A DNA stretch of 64,000 bases from Candidatus Saccharimonadia bacterium (GCA_963717365.1 OY970327.1:1055752-1119751), one strand, 5' to 3'. Numbered from the stretch's first letter, positions 1 to 9,829 are shown. Made by a program: numbers and translations. Notes: generated from the letters alone by a model not told the origin.

Positions 1-111
1 GATACTTATATATTTAGCGGTTTCTCCTTCTTCAAGCTCGGGCTCAATAAACGTATTTATTTTCGCGTCTTCAAGACATTTCTCTACTAATTCAAAATCT
101 CTGTGATCCAT
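1..111 (-). CDS. 5' end of an unknown protein, running off the left edge of the window
   Basis: ATG at 109-111 (minus strand) opens a frame reading MDHRDFELVEKCLEDAKINTFIEPELEEGE... that stays open to position 1. No family recognised. Confidence 0.3.
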   Translation of the reverse strand, partial: MDHRDFELVEKCLEDAKINTFIEPELEEGETAKYISI

Positions 112-216
112 TGTTTGCCCCGTTAATACTTATGAAAGTTCTAGGAGTGTTATAACATCAATAATGTAATGAATACAAGTATCTAGTTAAATACTAATAA
201 CTCATAGTTTCTGGTT

Positions 217-1755
217 TCAATCATACCGCCACTTCCGCATATCATCTTGATAAGTCGTATATATTTTGGGACTTAACAGTGTCGATACGGTATTTTTACT
301 TATGGTTGGCTTAAAATCCGCTGGCATCTGCCGAGCTTGGTGTAAACGGTTTATAGAGACAAATGATACATCATCTGGAACATGACGCTTTGTGAATAGT
401 TGTTCTTCGTCTGGTGTGTTAATTATAAAACTCCACTCTCCAAATGAAGGTACATTCATGCCAAGCGGTACAATATCGCGATCATGCGAGCCTGCCGCAT
501 CACGCATGGTCTGCGCGATTAACTGGTGAGCATTGGGCGTAAAAAACGATGATGTGGCCTGCGTTATAAAGATGCCGTTAGGCGAAAGATGTTGGTTAAC
601 GGCTGAGTAAAAATCACTCGAATACAGTTTTGATACTTTTTCATTCGACGGATCAACCAGATCGCTGATAACTACATCGTAGTTCTGGTGACTGTCACGT
701 ACATACGTAAATGCGTCTTCGTTCATGACGTGAACTCTAGGATCATCCAGAGAGTGCTTATTTAAGTCTGCAAGTAGTCGATTACTCTTAGCAACGCCGG
801 TTACGGCAGGATCAATATCTACCAGCGTAATCTTCTCAACCTCTGTGTAACGGAGCACTTCGCGGGCGATCATACCGTCACCACCGCCCAGTATAAGTAC
901 TTGTTTGGTTTGCCCTGCGCTGGTCATGGCCGCGTGCGCAAGTGTTTCATGGTAGCGCGCTTCATCAACAGAGCTGAATTGAAGCTGGTCGTTCAGATAC
1001 AAACGGACATCATCACGGTAGTTGGTTACCGTGATCTTTTGGTAAGGAGATAACTTGTAATAAACAACTGGGTCGCGGTACTGGGCAGTTTGGATTTTAC
1101 GTTCAATAGTATTGGCGTATCCCAGACCGGCTATAAATAAAATTATTACCAAAAATGTGCTGGCCTGGATTATTGTATGACGAGGTCCTGTTTTAGCCCG
1201 GCGTAAAATAAATAGCGCGAGTAATACGTTGAGTAGGGCCATTGCAAAACCTGTTCTGATCAAGCCAAGATAGGGAAGTAGTATAAACGGAAATAAAATT
1301 GAAGCGAGTAGTGCCCCAATATAGTCCAGCGCCAATACTCGGGACAGAATATGCTCAACATTATTCTTGGCGCCTTTGGCTATTCGCACCATCAGTGGTA
1401 TTTCTAAGCCTATCAATATACCAATACTAATACTAAGCAGTATAAAAATTAACCAGTAAATCTTTGTAAATACGAACGCGGCAAATAATATGACCACCGC
1501 AAGACCACCAACAACGCTAAGTAGCAACTCGGCAAGAACAAAATTAGTCGTGGCATTCTTAAGTAATTTAGCCGAGAGTAAGGAGCCAATGCCCATGCCA
1601 AAAAGCATGGTGCCAATACTTAAACTGAAACTTGTGATAGAGTCCCCAAATAAATACGATGACGCCGTCCCAAGCAACAACTCGTAGATGAGACCGCCAA
1701 TGGCAACGAGCAAAGCGGCCGCAAAGACGGCTGGCTTGTCTATGGTTTTACGCAT
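217..1755 (-). CDS. speE: Membrane-anchored polyamine aminopropyltransferase (spermidine synthase-like)
   Basis: N-terminal multi-TM region followed by a spermidine-synthase fold with the GGGDGMIAREVLRY SAM/dcSAM-binding motif. The ORF track gives 217..1803. The internal Met (MRKTIDK, ATG at 1753-1755) removes the overlap with the upstream DUF350 gene. Confidence 0.8.
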   Translation of the reverse strand: MRKTIDKPAVFAAALLVAIGGLIYELLLGTASSYLFGDSITSFSLSIGTMLFGMGIGSLLSAKLLKNATTNFVLAELLLSVVGGLAVVILFAAFVFTKIYWLIFILLSISIGILIGLEIPLMVRIAKGAKNNVEHILSRVLALDYIGALLASILFPFILLPYLGLIRTGFAMALLNVLLALFILRRAKTGPRHTIIQASTFLVIILFIAGLGYANTIERKIQTAQYRDPVVYYKLSPYQKITVTNYRDDVRLYLNDQLQFSSVDEARYHETLAHAAMTSAGQTKQVLILGGGDGMIAREVLRYTEVEKITLVDIDPAVTGVAKSNRLLADLNKHSLDDPRVHVMNEDAFTYVRDSHQNYDVVISDLVDPSNEKVSKLYSSDFYSAVNQHLSPNGIFITQATSSFFTPNAHQLIAQTMRDAAGSHDRDIVPLGMNVPSFGEWSFIINTPDEEQLFTKRHVPDDVSFVSINRLHQARQMPADFKPTISKNTVSTLLSPKIYTTYQDDMRKWRYD

Positions 1756-1762
1756 TGGCTGC

Positions 1763-1999
1763 TTAACCGACAATGGTGCTGGCAATGATAATGCTGATTG
1801 CAATGCTCATGCAGCCAAACAAGATGCCAAAGGCAACATTATTTTCGCGAACTAATTCGCGGTGCGCATTCAAGTGAAACATTTTATTGACCAGCATTAC
1901 GGTAACTAGCATGATAAAAATACCGAGTAGTGCGTACAGCACTGTTGCTACAAAAGCCTCTACTGATAAGCCGTGTGTTGATTCTGTAATTTCGTTCAT
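1763..1999 (-). CDS. DUF350-family small membrane protein
   Basis: 78 aa with two TM helices and a central RELVRENNVAFGILFG segment typical of DUF350 (YjfL-like). Confidence 0.6.
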   Translation of the reverse strand: MNEITESTHGLSVEAFVATVLYALLGIFIMLVTVMLVNKMFHLNAHRELVRENNVAFGILFGCMSIAISIIIASTIVG

Positions 2000-2014
2000 A
2001 AATTCTCCTTATTA

Positions 2015-2869
2015 TTATTTCCCATAACCACCGCCACTCCCTCCATATACACTGCGGCTGTTGCAGGTGTTTTGAGTTGAGGATGGAGTGGTCTGAGTTT
2101 TAGTGCTGGGACTTTGTACGCCCGGACTGCTTGAACCAGGAGTCTTATTGAGCGGTATAGACTGCTGTGCCAAGTGTGAATACATACTTGCCGGGCGGTT
2201 AACTTGCAGGATAATGGAGCTGGTAGTTGTGCGCGGAGTGCATTCATTTTTAGATTCAGCAGCTTCTGAATACATACTAAAGCCAAAGAAACCAACAAAA
2301 GCCGCAACATAAACAGCTGCCTTCGCGGAAATATTTCTTGGCTCTACAACCCTGCCGAGCAAACGTTTCTGAGCCGCCCTTGTAAGTACAGTCCCTCGGT
2401 AAATATCAAATTCTTTTTCATTATAGGTTTCAATTGAAAATATACCTTGCGCGCCGCGGCATTCGGCATAAGCAACCGTGTCTTTTTCAAATACATGATG
2501 GGTTAACGTGCCCTCGCGGCGGGCAACAATACCCAGACCGACTTCTATAACAGTGGCGGTAATTTGTTCCCCGCGGTGCGTAGTAAAACTTATTTCCTGA
2601 TTTGGTTTGAGCTGAGCGGCATCTATAAATGGTTGTGGACGGAGTGGTTCGTATAACGTTATTTTTTTGGTGTAATGGTCATACTCAATCCAGCTGTCAT
2701 AATTATTAAAACCGCGCAGCTCCCATTCTTCCCAGTAATAGGTTTTGCGGTCGCTTTTATCGTACTCGGAGTAGATAACGTAGCCCTCGGCTGTGGCTGA
2801 AATTTTGTCGCCTAAGAAAGTATTACCGATCTTGATTTTAGCCTTTGGTCGCTTTTTAAATAGACGCAT
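2015..2869 (-). CDS. DUF4178 domain protein with a C-terminal TM helix and Ser/Thr/Gly-rich tail
   Basis: YYWEEWELRGFNNYDSWIEYD matches the DUF4178 W-E-W/WLE signature. A TM helix (AAVYVAAFVGFFGF) is followed by a low-complexity tail. Confidence 0.55.
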   Translation of the reverse strand: MRLFKKRPKAKIKIGNTFLGDKISATAEGYVIYSEYDKSDRKTYYWEEWELRGFNNYDSWIEYDHYTKKITLYEPLRPQPFIDAAQLKPNQEISFTTHRGEQITATVIEVGLGIVARREGTLTHHVFEKDTVAYAECRGAQGIFSIETYNEKEFDIYRGTVLTRAAQKRLLGRVVEPRNISAKAAVYVAAFVGFFGFSMYSEAAESKNECTPRTTTSSIILQVNRPASMYSHLAQQSIPLNKTPGSSSPGVQSPSTKTQTTPSSTQNTCNSRSVYGGSGGGYGK

Positions 2870-3223
2870 TTATGAAATTTCCTGTATGGCTGAAATCTTT
2901 GCCTTTAGTGCGGTTTCGATGGCGGCGGTTGCTTTGGAGGTAAAATTATCCCCCGGGCTGGAGCAAGTAGTAAGCACAATGTAACCCCGCCCATTCTCCG
3001 GCCAGGTATGAACGGCAATATGTGACTCCGACAATATGATAGTGGCGCTCAGCCCCTGTGGGCTAAATTGGTGGCAGGTGTATTCCAGAGGTGTTAGTTG
3101 GGCTGTAGCAACCAGCTTGTTGAGCAACTTATGTATGGCTGCTTCATCATTTAGCAGTTCTGCGCTGCCATCCTGAAACTCGAAACTCCGAGTGGTGATA
3201 TTCATTTGTGCATAGTATAACAA
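2870..3223 (-). CDS. speD: S-adenosylmethionine decarboxylase proenzyme (small, self-processing class)
   Basis: ILSESHIAVHTWPE contains the Glu-Ser autoprocessing site and the conserved HTWPE motif. Its stop abuts the start of the DUF4178 gene. Confidence 0.8.
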   Translation of the reverse strand: MLYYAQMNITTRSFEFQDGSAELLNDEAAIHKLLNKLVATAQLTPLEYTCHQFSPQGLSATIILSESHIAVHTWPENGRGYIVLTTCSSPGDNFTSKATAAIETALKAKISAIQEIS

Positions 3224-3250
3224 ACTGTGCGGTTTTACTTAGCAAGTTTG

Positions 3251-6200
3251 CTAAATAATTTCAGCCACAAAATTAGTGTTAAATTTTTTTATATTGTTCT
3301 CAACGATATAGCCAAATCCATATTCGTATAACATTTCGGCGAAAGGCGTGTGATCTCCCTTGTCCAGAAACGTATCAATATTTTTATCAACGATATATGC
3401 TCCGCCTGAAGTAATTAGGGCTTGGGCGACAGTCTCCGGCTTAACCTTTTTAGTAATTGATTTAATATCACGGGCTACAGTATCCTCCCGAAAGCCATCC
3501 ATCAGTCGTCTGACTAAGGCTATAAAATCAACAGATCCGGGCTCTAGTTTATCAATTATCTTCATGATCATCTCATCGTCGCCCTGTTTAATAAGCGCAT
3601 CGGCAAGTCGTTTGTGGTTCAGCGCGCCATCTTCGAATTTATCGAAATGAGTTACGACTACATGGGCTTTACCCTTTTTTATTAAATTTTCGGCAAGCGC
3701 CCTATGGTCAACAGATCCGGGCCCTAGTTTATTTAGCATTCTCGCAACCGATTCTTCGTTGCCTTTTGCCAATAACTCCATAGCTAAACTCTTACTGTCA
3801 ACCACGCCTTCGGCCAACTGCTCCAGCTTTGATAAGGCTAGGCGAGTTTTACCATTGCGTATTAGGTCGAGTATTATTATTTCCTGCTGGCTGGTGTCCA
3901 GGGTAGTTATATCAATCGTAGAAGCTAGAACCGCGCCCCTGGCTGATTGAATAAGGCTCTTAGCGAGGGCCTCCTCATCAATAGACCCATCTTCAAATTT
4001 ACTGAAGTGCGTAGCTACTACGGTGCCATTGCCAGATTTAATTAACATATCCGCGAGCAAGCCATTATCAATATGGGTTAAAAATTTGCCTATATTTTTT
4101 GATACAAGATTTACGTCGCCCTCTTCCAATAACTGACCAGCGAGAGCCTCGCAGTCCACGCTTCCCGCGTCAAACTTTTGAAGGTTATTCGCGACCATAT
4201 CCCGGTGGCCTGCTTTGATTAGTAATGCTATTAATTTACTGTGTTCAATGTTGGATAGAACTACTCTGAACTTCCTAGAAATAAAGTGAACTTCTCCTCT
4301 TTCTATTAATTTTAATGTTATGTCGGAAGCGTCCATTGTTTTCAGGTCAAACTTACTGTAATTTTTTATTACTAGATCGCCTCGTCCTGATTCAATCATA
4401 GCCGTGGCCAGAAGATCATGGTTTAGTGAGCCTCTCCGGAATCGAAACGAATATCTGTTTAATACGTCTGCGTTGCCCGATTCTAGCAGCATTGCGGCCA
4501 AACGTTCGTCGCCAATTGCTTTGGTTATTGCGGTAAAGCTGCCAGAAAACAAGGCTGTGGCCTGGTCTGAGACAATAATTTCTTGGGTTAAGGTCAATAT
4601 GTCATAGGCATCAGGCTTAAACGATTTTAAGTTTTCACAGAGTACTTTTGCCTGGCGGCACATAATTAACCTGTTAATTAAAAGCTTATGATCGACGGTG
4701 CCTTCTCCAAAACTCTTTAGGTTAGCGGCAAGTGGGGACGGATCGGCCGAATTTAGCAGATCCTCTGCAATTAATTTTTTATCATCAAGGCTCAACTCAA
4801 AGGCTAAAAGATTATTTGCCACAAAAGCTGCCGCTCCGTTTTCGCGGAGAGCATGAGCAAAACGTCTTCCGTCGATCTTATCTAGAAATTTATCCAAGTT
4901 TCTGCCCAGCACATTCATGTTTAACCGTAAAGCAAGGGGTACTAATTCGACAGAACCGGCATCAAACAGGTCAAGTTTATCAGCGACTAATTCATAGTGT
5001 GCTCTTGATAACAGTGTCTCGACTACTTTTTTATGGGGAAGTTTTTGTAAGAATGTATCGAGGCTATCTTTTAAAAGGTAGGGGGAGCTAGTGCATATAG
5101 TATCAAATAGTGTTTCGTGATTCACGCACGCGGGGTCAAACTTATCAAGATTATCAACTATAGCTCCAACATTATTCGCTGCAATTAACCGCTTCATTAA
5201 GTTAGCGTGGTTTACTACTCCAGGACTAAATTTATCTAAATACTGGGCAATTAAACTAGTGTTAGAATTCTGGGTTGGCGGCGCTAAGATTTTTATCAGG
5301 GCGTACTGGTTTACCGAACCGCTTTCAAATTTATCTAAGTTTGCTAATATTAATTCTGCTTTTTCCGCTTTCAAAAGTGTTTCAGCAAAGGCCTTGTGCC
5401 CATACGTTCTGAGCATGAGATCAAAGTCACTTTGAGGGTCTCTATCTTGGATCAATTGTTTAATTCTAGGGTCTTGCCGGTAATAGCCAAAGCTTCGGAT
5501 AGTACGGGTGTACTGGCGAAGAAAAAATACGTCATGCGGATCTATTGGCAAACCAGCTGTATGCCGCTTATCAATCTCCGTTAAGCGCTGCATATCTTTG
5601 GCAGTTTCAAGGTAGCTTTCTCCTCCAGGCAGTTTCGACAGTTTAGCTAGCGCAATATCCGTTACGGCCGTTTCCATATGCTGTCCCGGTTCAACACCGC
5701 GTATTTCAGCTACTTTTCCATACTGTGTGCTAATCGCAATGCGGGGAATGGTGTCTCTGCCATCTTTATCACGGCTGTAGTAAACATAAAAGTCGCCTTT
5801 AGATAAGTAACTCTTGGCAGTACTCTCACCGGCTACGCACCAGGTGGTACCATGTCCAAGCAACGTAGCAGTGAGTTCTTTAACGGTATTCATATCTTCA
5901 TCTTCTATTTTAGGATACTTTTTCCAGCTGCCTTCAGTAGTGCCGCCTTCTTCTTTGCGCTTTGAAGCAAATTCTTTATAAGCATATGCGTAGATTTTAC
6001 CGAAGTTACCATTTTGGGCTAAGTCGAGAAAGGCTTTGTCATACAGTGCCTCGGCTTGTTCCGAGTTATCTTCGCTAATGTGAGTCTTGTGCAGTACATC
6101 ATACACATATGCCAAGGCTTCCTGACTTAGGTCTGGAAAGTTGGCAGCTGTACCATTACTGCGCCGCCTGAATTGTTCCTTGGCTGGATCATATTCAGTG

Positions 6201-6679
6201 AGCTTAGCGACAGAGTTAAACGCGTAATGTTTAAACCAATCCGGATAATTTGTCTCCTCGCCGCTTAAATATTCTGCCCACATTGTTAAGGTTGCCCGCT
6301 GATCTTCCCGGACTACTTCGCCCAGTTGTCTCCGTTGTTCCTGAGTAATTACAATATCGCCAAGTCCCAGCTCTTCTCGTGCAATTCTCCTTTGTAAATC
6401 AAAGTAGCTTTCCGATACATCATCCGTGCCCACAATCAAATGTTCTACTTGACGGCCAATACTTTCTGGATTGCCAGTTAAGATTCCATAGTCTACATAG
6501 TTTTTGCTGGCTAAAAAACCAAGCTCAGCAACAATTTTATCCTCTGGCTGGTTGGGTATATGTTCGCCATACTGGCGAAGGTAACTATATACCCTCTCAA
6601 CTTCGGGGGAGTGATGATAGTTTGAGTCGCGTTTATGTAAAAATTCGCCTACAGCATTGGACATATTGAAACAAATCAT
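3251..6679 (-). CDS. Large (1142 aa) protein: unknown N-terminal globular domain plus about 19 tandem ~37-aa helical repeats
   Basis: The C-terminal ~700 aa repeat the pattern L(I/L)xxGxxxxVxxNLxKFxxGSVDxxxLAxxL. The N-terminal part contains GHGTTWCVAGESTAKSYLSKGDFYVYYSRDKDG...PRIAI. No enzyme motif recognised. Confidence 0.7.
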   Translation of the reverse strand: MICFNMSNAVGEFLHKRDSNYHHSPEVERVYSYLRQYGEHIPNQPEDKIVAELGFLASKNYVDYGILTGNPESIGRQVEHLIVGTDDVSESYFDLQRRIAREELGLGDIVITQEQRRQLGEVVREDQRATLTMWAEYLSGEETNYPDWFKHYAFNSVAKLTEYDPAKEQFRRRSNGTAANFPDLSQEALAYVYDVLHKTHISEDNSEQAEALYDKAFLDLAQNGNFGKIYAYAYKEFASKRKEEGGTTEGSWKKYPKIEDEDMNTVKELTATLLGHGTTWCVAGESTAKSYLSKGDFYVYYSRDKDGRDTIPRIAISTQYGKVAEIRGVEPGQHMETAVTDIALAKLSKLPGGESYLETAKDMQRLTEIDKRHTAGLPIDPHDVFFLRQYTRTIRSFGYYRQDPRIKQLIQDRDPQSDFDLMLRTYGHKAFAETLLKAEKAELILANLDKFESGSVNQYALIKILAPPTQNSNTSLIAQYLDKFSPGVVNHANLMKRLIAANNVGAIVDNLDKFDPACVNHETLFDTICTSSPYLLKDSLDTFLQKLPHKKVVETLLSRAHYELVADKLDLFDAGSVELVPLALRLNMNVLGRNLDKFLDKIDGRRFAHALRENGAAAFVANNLLAFELSLDDKKLIAEDLLNSADPSPLAANLKSFGEGTVDHKLLINRLIMCRQAKVLCENLKSFKPDAYDILTLTQEIIVSDQATALFSGSFTAITKAIGDERLAAMLLESGNADVLNRYSFRFRRGSLNHDLLATAMIESGRGDLVIKNYSKFDLKTMDASDITLKLIERGEVHFISRKFRVVLSNIEHSKLIALLIKAGHRDMVANNLQKFDAGSVDCEALAGQLLEEGDVNLVSKNIGKFLTHIDNGLLADMLIKSGNGTVVATHFSKFEDGSIDEEALAKSLIQSARGAVLASTIDITTLDTSQQEIIILDLIRNGKTRLALSKLEQLAEGVVDSKSLAMELLAKGNEESVARMLNKLGPGSVDHRALAENLIKKGKAHVVVTHFDKFEDGALNHKRLADALIKQGDDEMIMKIIDKLEPGSVDFIALVRRLMDGFREDTVARDIKSITKKVKPETVAQALITSGGAYIVDKNIDTFLDKGDHTPFAEMLYEYGFGYIVENNIKKFNTNFVAEII

Positions 6680-6788
6680 ACCATTTTAACGGTATTTTGT
6701 CTATTATATAGAAGAGACTAACATGGCTTATTCTGACAATTCCTATCTACTAAATGTACGCCAAGCGAAGTATTGTAATGGTTCCGAG

Positions 6789-7430
6789 TTAGTATGTAGG
6801 TGATGCATTATTGATATTGTAAACTACGTCACCTTGCACGGGTGAGTACAGCTCTTTACTTGCATGTACATTGTTTTTCTCTACCCCAATATGAGAGAAG
6901 TAAACCTTAATACCTTTAGCATTGGGCTTTGCTTTTGCCTTGTGGAATACAGTGTGTACTTCGGAATCTTGCAAGTGATAATGGATATGCGGTTCAGATG
7001 AGTTACCCGTATTGCCACATTCTCCCAGTTTTTGGCCAAGCTTTACCTTGTCTCCGGCTTTAACCAAGGTACTGCCAAGACGTAAATGCGCTATAAATGA
7101 GTATTCTTTTGCCGTGTGCTTAAGTAAGATATAGTTCCCGCCAGAGACAAATGGATTTGTTTGATTAGGTAAGTTATCGCGAATCCCCGTCACCGCCTCA
7201 ATAATTATTCCATCGGCTGGAGCTAAGATGGGTTGGCCAAACACATAGTAATCTTCGTTTTTTAGCCCTTTATTCTTATATGATTTACCGTTTTCATCGG
7301 TGCCTACTAAGTCAAACGCATAACGTTGGACCGGGATGCTATGGTGGATATTATGTTTTTCGGTATCACCGCCCCAGGTTACAAGCCATTTTCCGTCGGC
7401 AGGTAAGTTGAGTCGAGTGAGGTGTTTCAT
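6789..7430 (-). CDS. Peptidase M23 family (LytM-like) protein
   Basis: GECGNTGNSSEPHIHYHLQ (HxH zinc motif) and an upstream PILAPADG segment. Confidence 0.8.
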   Translation of the reverse strand: MKHLTRLNLPADGKWLVTWGGDTEKHNIHHSIPVQRYAFDLVGTDENGKSYKNKGLKNEDYYVFGQPILAPADGIIIEAVTGIRDNLPNQTNPFVSGGNYILLKHTAKEYSFIAHLRLGSTLVKAGDKVKLGQKLGECGNTGNSSEPHIHYHLQDSEVHTVFHKAKAKPNAKGIKVYFSHIGVEKNNVHASKELYSPVQGDVVYNINNASPTY

Positions 7431-7528
7431 TTGTATATCATAGCAAAGAGAAATTAACTACAGTTCGTATAATATATTTGCAAAATCCGTTTATTCATTT
7501 TATTCTATAGATAGAATGGAATACACTT

Positions 7529-8346
7529 TTGAAATGGCCTAATACCATAACAGTTGTAAGACATGGGCAGTCAGCCTATAACGAACTGAAAGAACTAAAG
7601 AATGCCGACCCGCTATACTGTGACTTTAAAAAGGCGCATAACCGCAGACATAAAGATCCTGAAATTGCTCGGAAAATCGCGCAGCAGTTAATCAAAGATG
7701 GCAAATTTATTCTGGGCACCGGAGATCATGACACAAAGTTAACTGAGCGGGGCGGACACCAGGCAGAAATCACTGGGTCGCGGCTTAGCGAAATCATTGA
7801 TGTACCGGACGTTATATTTGTATCTCCCTATATACGGACCGGTCAAACATTGGCGCGTATGGCTTTGGGATGGCCGGAACTAGCTGCTGTAAAAACCGTT
7901 GAAGAGGAGAGAATGCGGGAACAAGAGCACGGCCTTACGTTGCTTTACAATGATTGGCGTATCTTCAACGTAATACATCCTGAACAAGAGATGCTCCGGG
8001 ATCTTCAGGGTCCGTACTGGTATCGCTACCCTCAGGGAGAAAATGTGCCGGACTTAAGAGAACGACACCGTTCTTTAACTGGTACGTTCACCCGTGATTA
8101 TCAGAACCAAAATGTTCTTAATGATTGGTCATCATCTTTCCATTCTGTCGACTGCGAGCCAACCTTGAACGGCTCGACGCAGAAGGTTTTAGAGATCTTG
8201 ATGTTAATCATAAACCAGTAAACTGCGGCGCGACCGTATATCGTGGAAATCCAGACCTAGGACAAGACGGCCGATTAGAATTAGATATTTACAACCGACA
8301 ACTATACGATGATCGAGCAATAGATAATTTACTTAAGGAGGACTAA
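7529..8346 (+). pseudogene. Histidine phosphatase (phosphoglycerate mutase-like) family gene disrupted by frameshift(s)
   Basis: VVRHGQSAYN (RHG motif) lies in ORF 7529..8221. The family-like C-terminus (RANLERLDAEGFRDLDVNHKPVNCGATVYRG) is in ORF 8125..8346, a different frame. The expected second catalytic-His motif (MIGHHLSIL) appears only in the third frame at 8121-8150. Confidence 0.6.
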
Positions 8347-8347
8347 T

Positions 8348-8695
8348 ATGGAGTTCCCAAATGAACCCGCTAGAACAGACCCGGACAAGCTTGTTGAGGT
8401 GCAGCAAGCAGTACTCCGAGCAGTTGATATTGGCGCGCAAATTTTACCGTTATTACAGCAACTAGAGGAAGTGGTAAAACCATTACCCCCTAAGTATATT
8501 GATAGCCCATATCTAATTCCAGGCGATGACATCCATCAGAAGTGGTTTGCAGAGGTACGATCTGACGTAGCCACATTAAGACGAAATGTAGACCAGGCAT
8601 TTAACAATTTGGCGGATAGAGCCGTCAATACTACTTACCTTGGTAATATGTCTGTGCGTAACGCAAGGATTACTAGAGAACAAGAAGCCCAGTAA
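8348..8695 (+). CDS. Hypothetical protein (115 aa)
   Basis: ORF with AAGGAGG 5 nt upstream of the ATG. No family recognised. Confidence 0.5.
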   Translation: MEFPNEPARTDPDKLVEVQQAVLRAVDIGAQILPLLQQLEEVVKPLPPKYIDSPYLIPGDDIHQKWFAEVRSDVATLRRNVDQAFNNLADRAVNTTYLGNMSVRNARITREQEAQ

Positions 8696-8823
8696 CTACT
8701 AAACTTAATGCAAGTTAAAGTACAAAGGCTTTTAGCTAGGTTGCTGGGTTTTGCCAGCCCGGCTGAGCTTGTATCTGAGCAATTTGTTCATCGGTTGCGG
8801 CTGATATATCCCAGCCCATTCGC

Positions 8824-9759
8824 TCAAAGTACTGGTCCATAAAATCTTCTCTGGCAAGCGACAAATCGTCTGAGATTTCTGTTGAGCTGACTAGATAATG
8901 CTACAAATGCCACGGCACCAAAATCCGACAGAAAGTCTGCTACTCCCAAATGATCTTGCACTTCAGCCGGTAAATTGCAGAGCGTATCTAGCCCCCAGTA
9001 GCGAATGATATCAGATCGGATAGTTTGTTTGGCATTATCACGCAACGTATCCCCCATAGCTTCTACTTGCTGACGTACAAACTCGTTTTCCATTAATTCT
9101 GCGAACATCTCTGGATCTATATCTTCCTCGGTGCCAAACATAAGTTTAGATATTTTCATGACATTTCCCATAAGAGCGTCTGTGTTTATAGCCGCTACTT
9201 CGTGTAATTTTTCCGCAGCGAAACCAACGGGCGTATAGGCAGTGCGGAATATTTCAAGGTAAAGATCATCGTTGCGATAAACCTCTGCGACACTGCTGCC
9301 GTTGGTAGCAGCAACTTCTTTAGCGGCTTGAAATTTATTACTAAAGCTCTGAGCGGCCTTTTCGTCGTCAGTGGCGCTAGTATGATACAACGCATCTAGT
9401 GTACCCATTAAAAGATCTCTAATTTCGCTACCCGTTACGTCTTCACCCATATCTTCTCTAAATTTTGTTGCTAATACTTCGTAGCCAGTATCGCCAATAA
9501 TACTATCTAAAGAGCTGGTCAAACTAATCGGAGTTTCGGGGAATTCTACCTTTTGAATCATCATGGCAGTGGTTACTAGTGGTAATTTTTCGGTTATCTC
9601 AGCAGGAAATATGTCTCCTGGAATTCCTAGGTGTTCCATCTGCTCCGTTAGAGATGCTTTCACAGGACCAGCTTCTTTCAGACTACGAGCACTCATCGCT
9701 TCTGCAATTTCTAATATATCTTCAAAATCAAATGGCTTTTGAAATTCCTTGCCAGTCAT
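8824..9759 (-). CDS. Acidic hypothetical protein, paralog of 15877..16779
   Basis: Shares VAEVYRNDDLYLE / VATVYRTDDFYYE and IRYWGLDTLCNLP / VKSYGIDALADLS blocks with the 300-aa ORF. AAGGAG RBS and a TTGCAT-17-GATAAT promoter upstream. The C-terminal ~20 aa may be out of frame (see findings). Confidence 0.6.
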   Translation of the reverse strand: MTGKEFQKPFDFEDILEIAEAMSARSLKEAGPVKASLTEQMEHLGIPGDIFPAEITEKLPLVTTAMMIQKVEFPETPISLTSSLDSIIGDTGYEVLATKFREDMGEDVTGSEIRDLLMGTLDALYHTSATDDEKAAQSFSNKFQAAKEVAATNGSSVAEVYRNDDLYLEIFRTAYTPVGFAAEKLHEVAAINTDALMGNVMKISKLMFGTEEDIDPEMFAELMENEFVRQQVEAMGDTLRDNAKQTIRSDIIRYWGLDTLCNLPAEVQDHLGVADFLSDFGAVAFVALSSQLNRNLRRFVACQRRFYGPVL

Positions 9760-9788
9760 ATAGCAACTCCTTAAACTTATGGGTAATA

Positions 9789-9829
9789 ATTATCACCTCA
9801 CCCGTGACAGAATGCAAGCATGAGCAAAA
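9789..9829 (-). promoter_or_regulatory. Promoter (TTGCAT-17-GATAAT) overlapped by the conserved 17-nt element TTTTGCTCATGCTTGCA
   Basis: Minus-strand -35 at 9812-9817 and -10 at 9789-9794. The 17-nt element at 9813-9829 is identical to 17681-17697 and sits in the same register. Confidence 0.55.
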
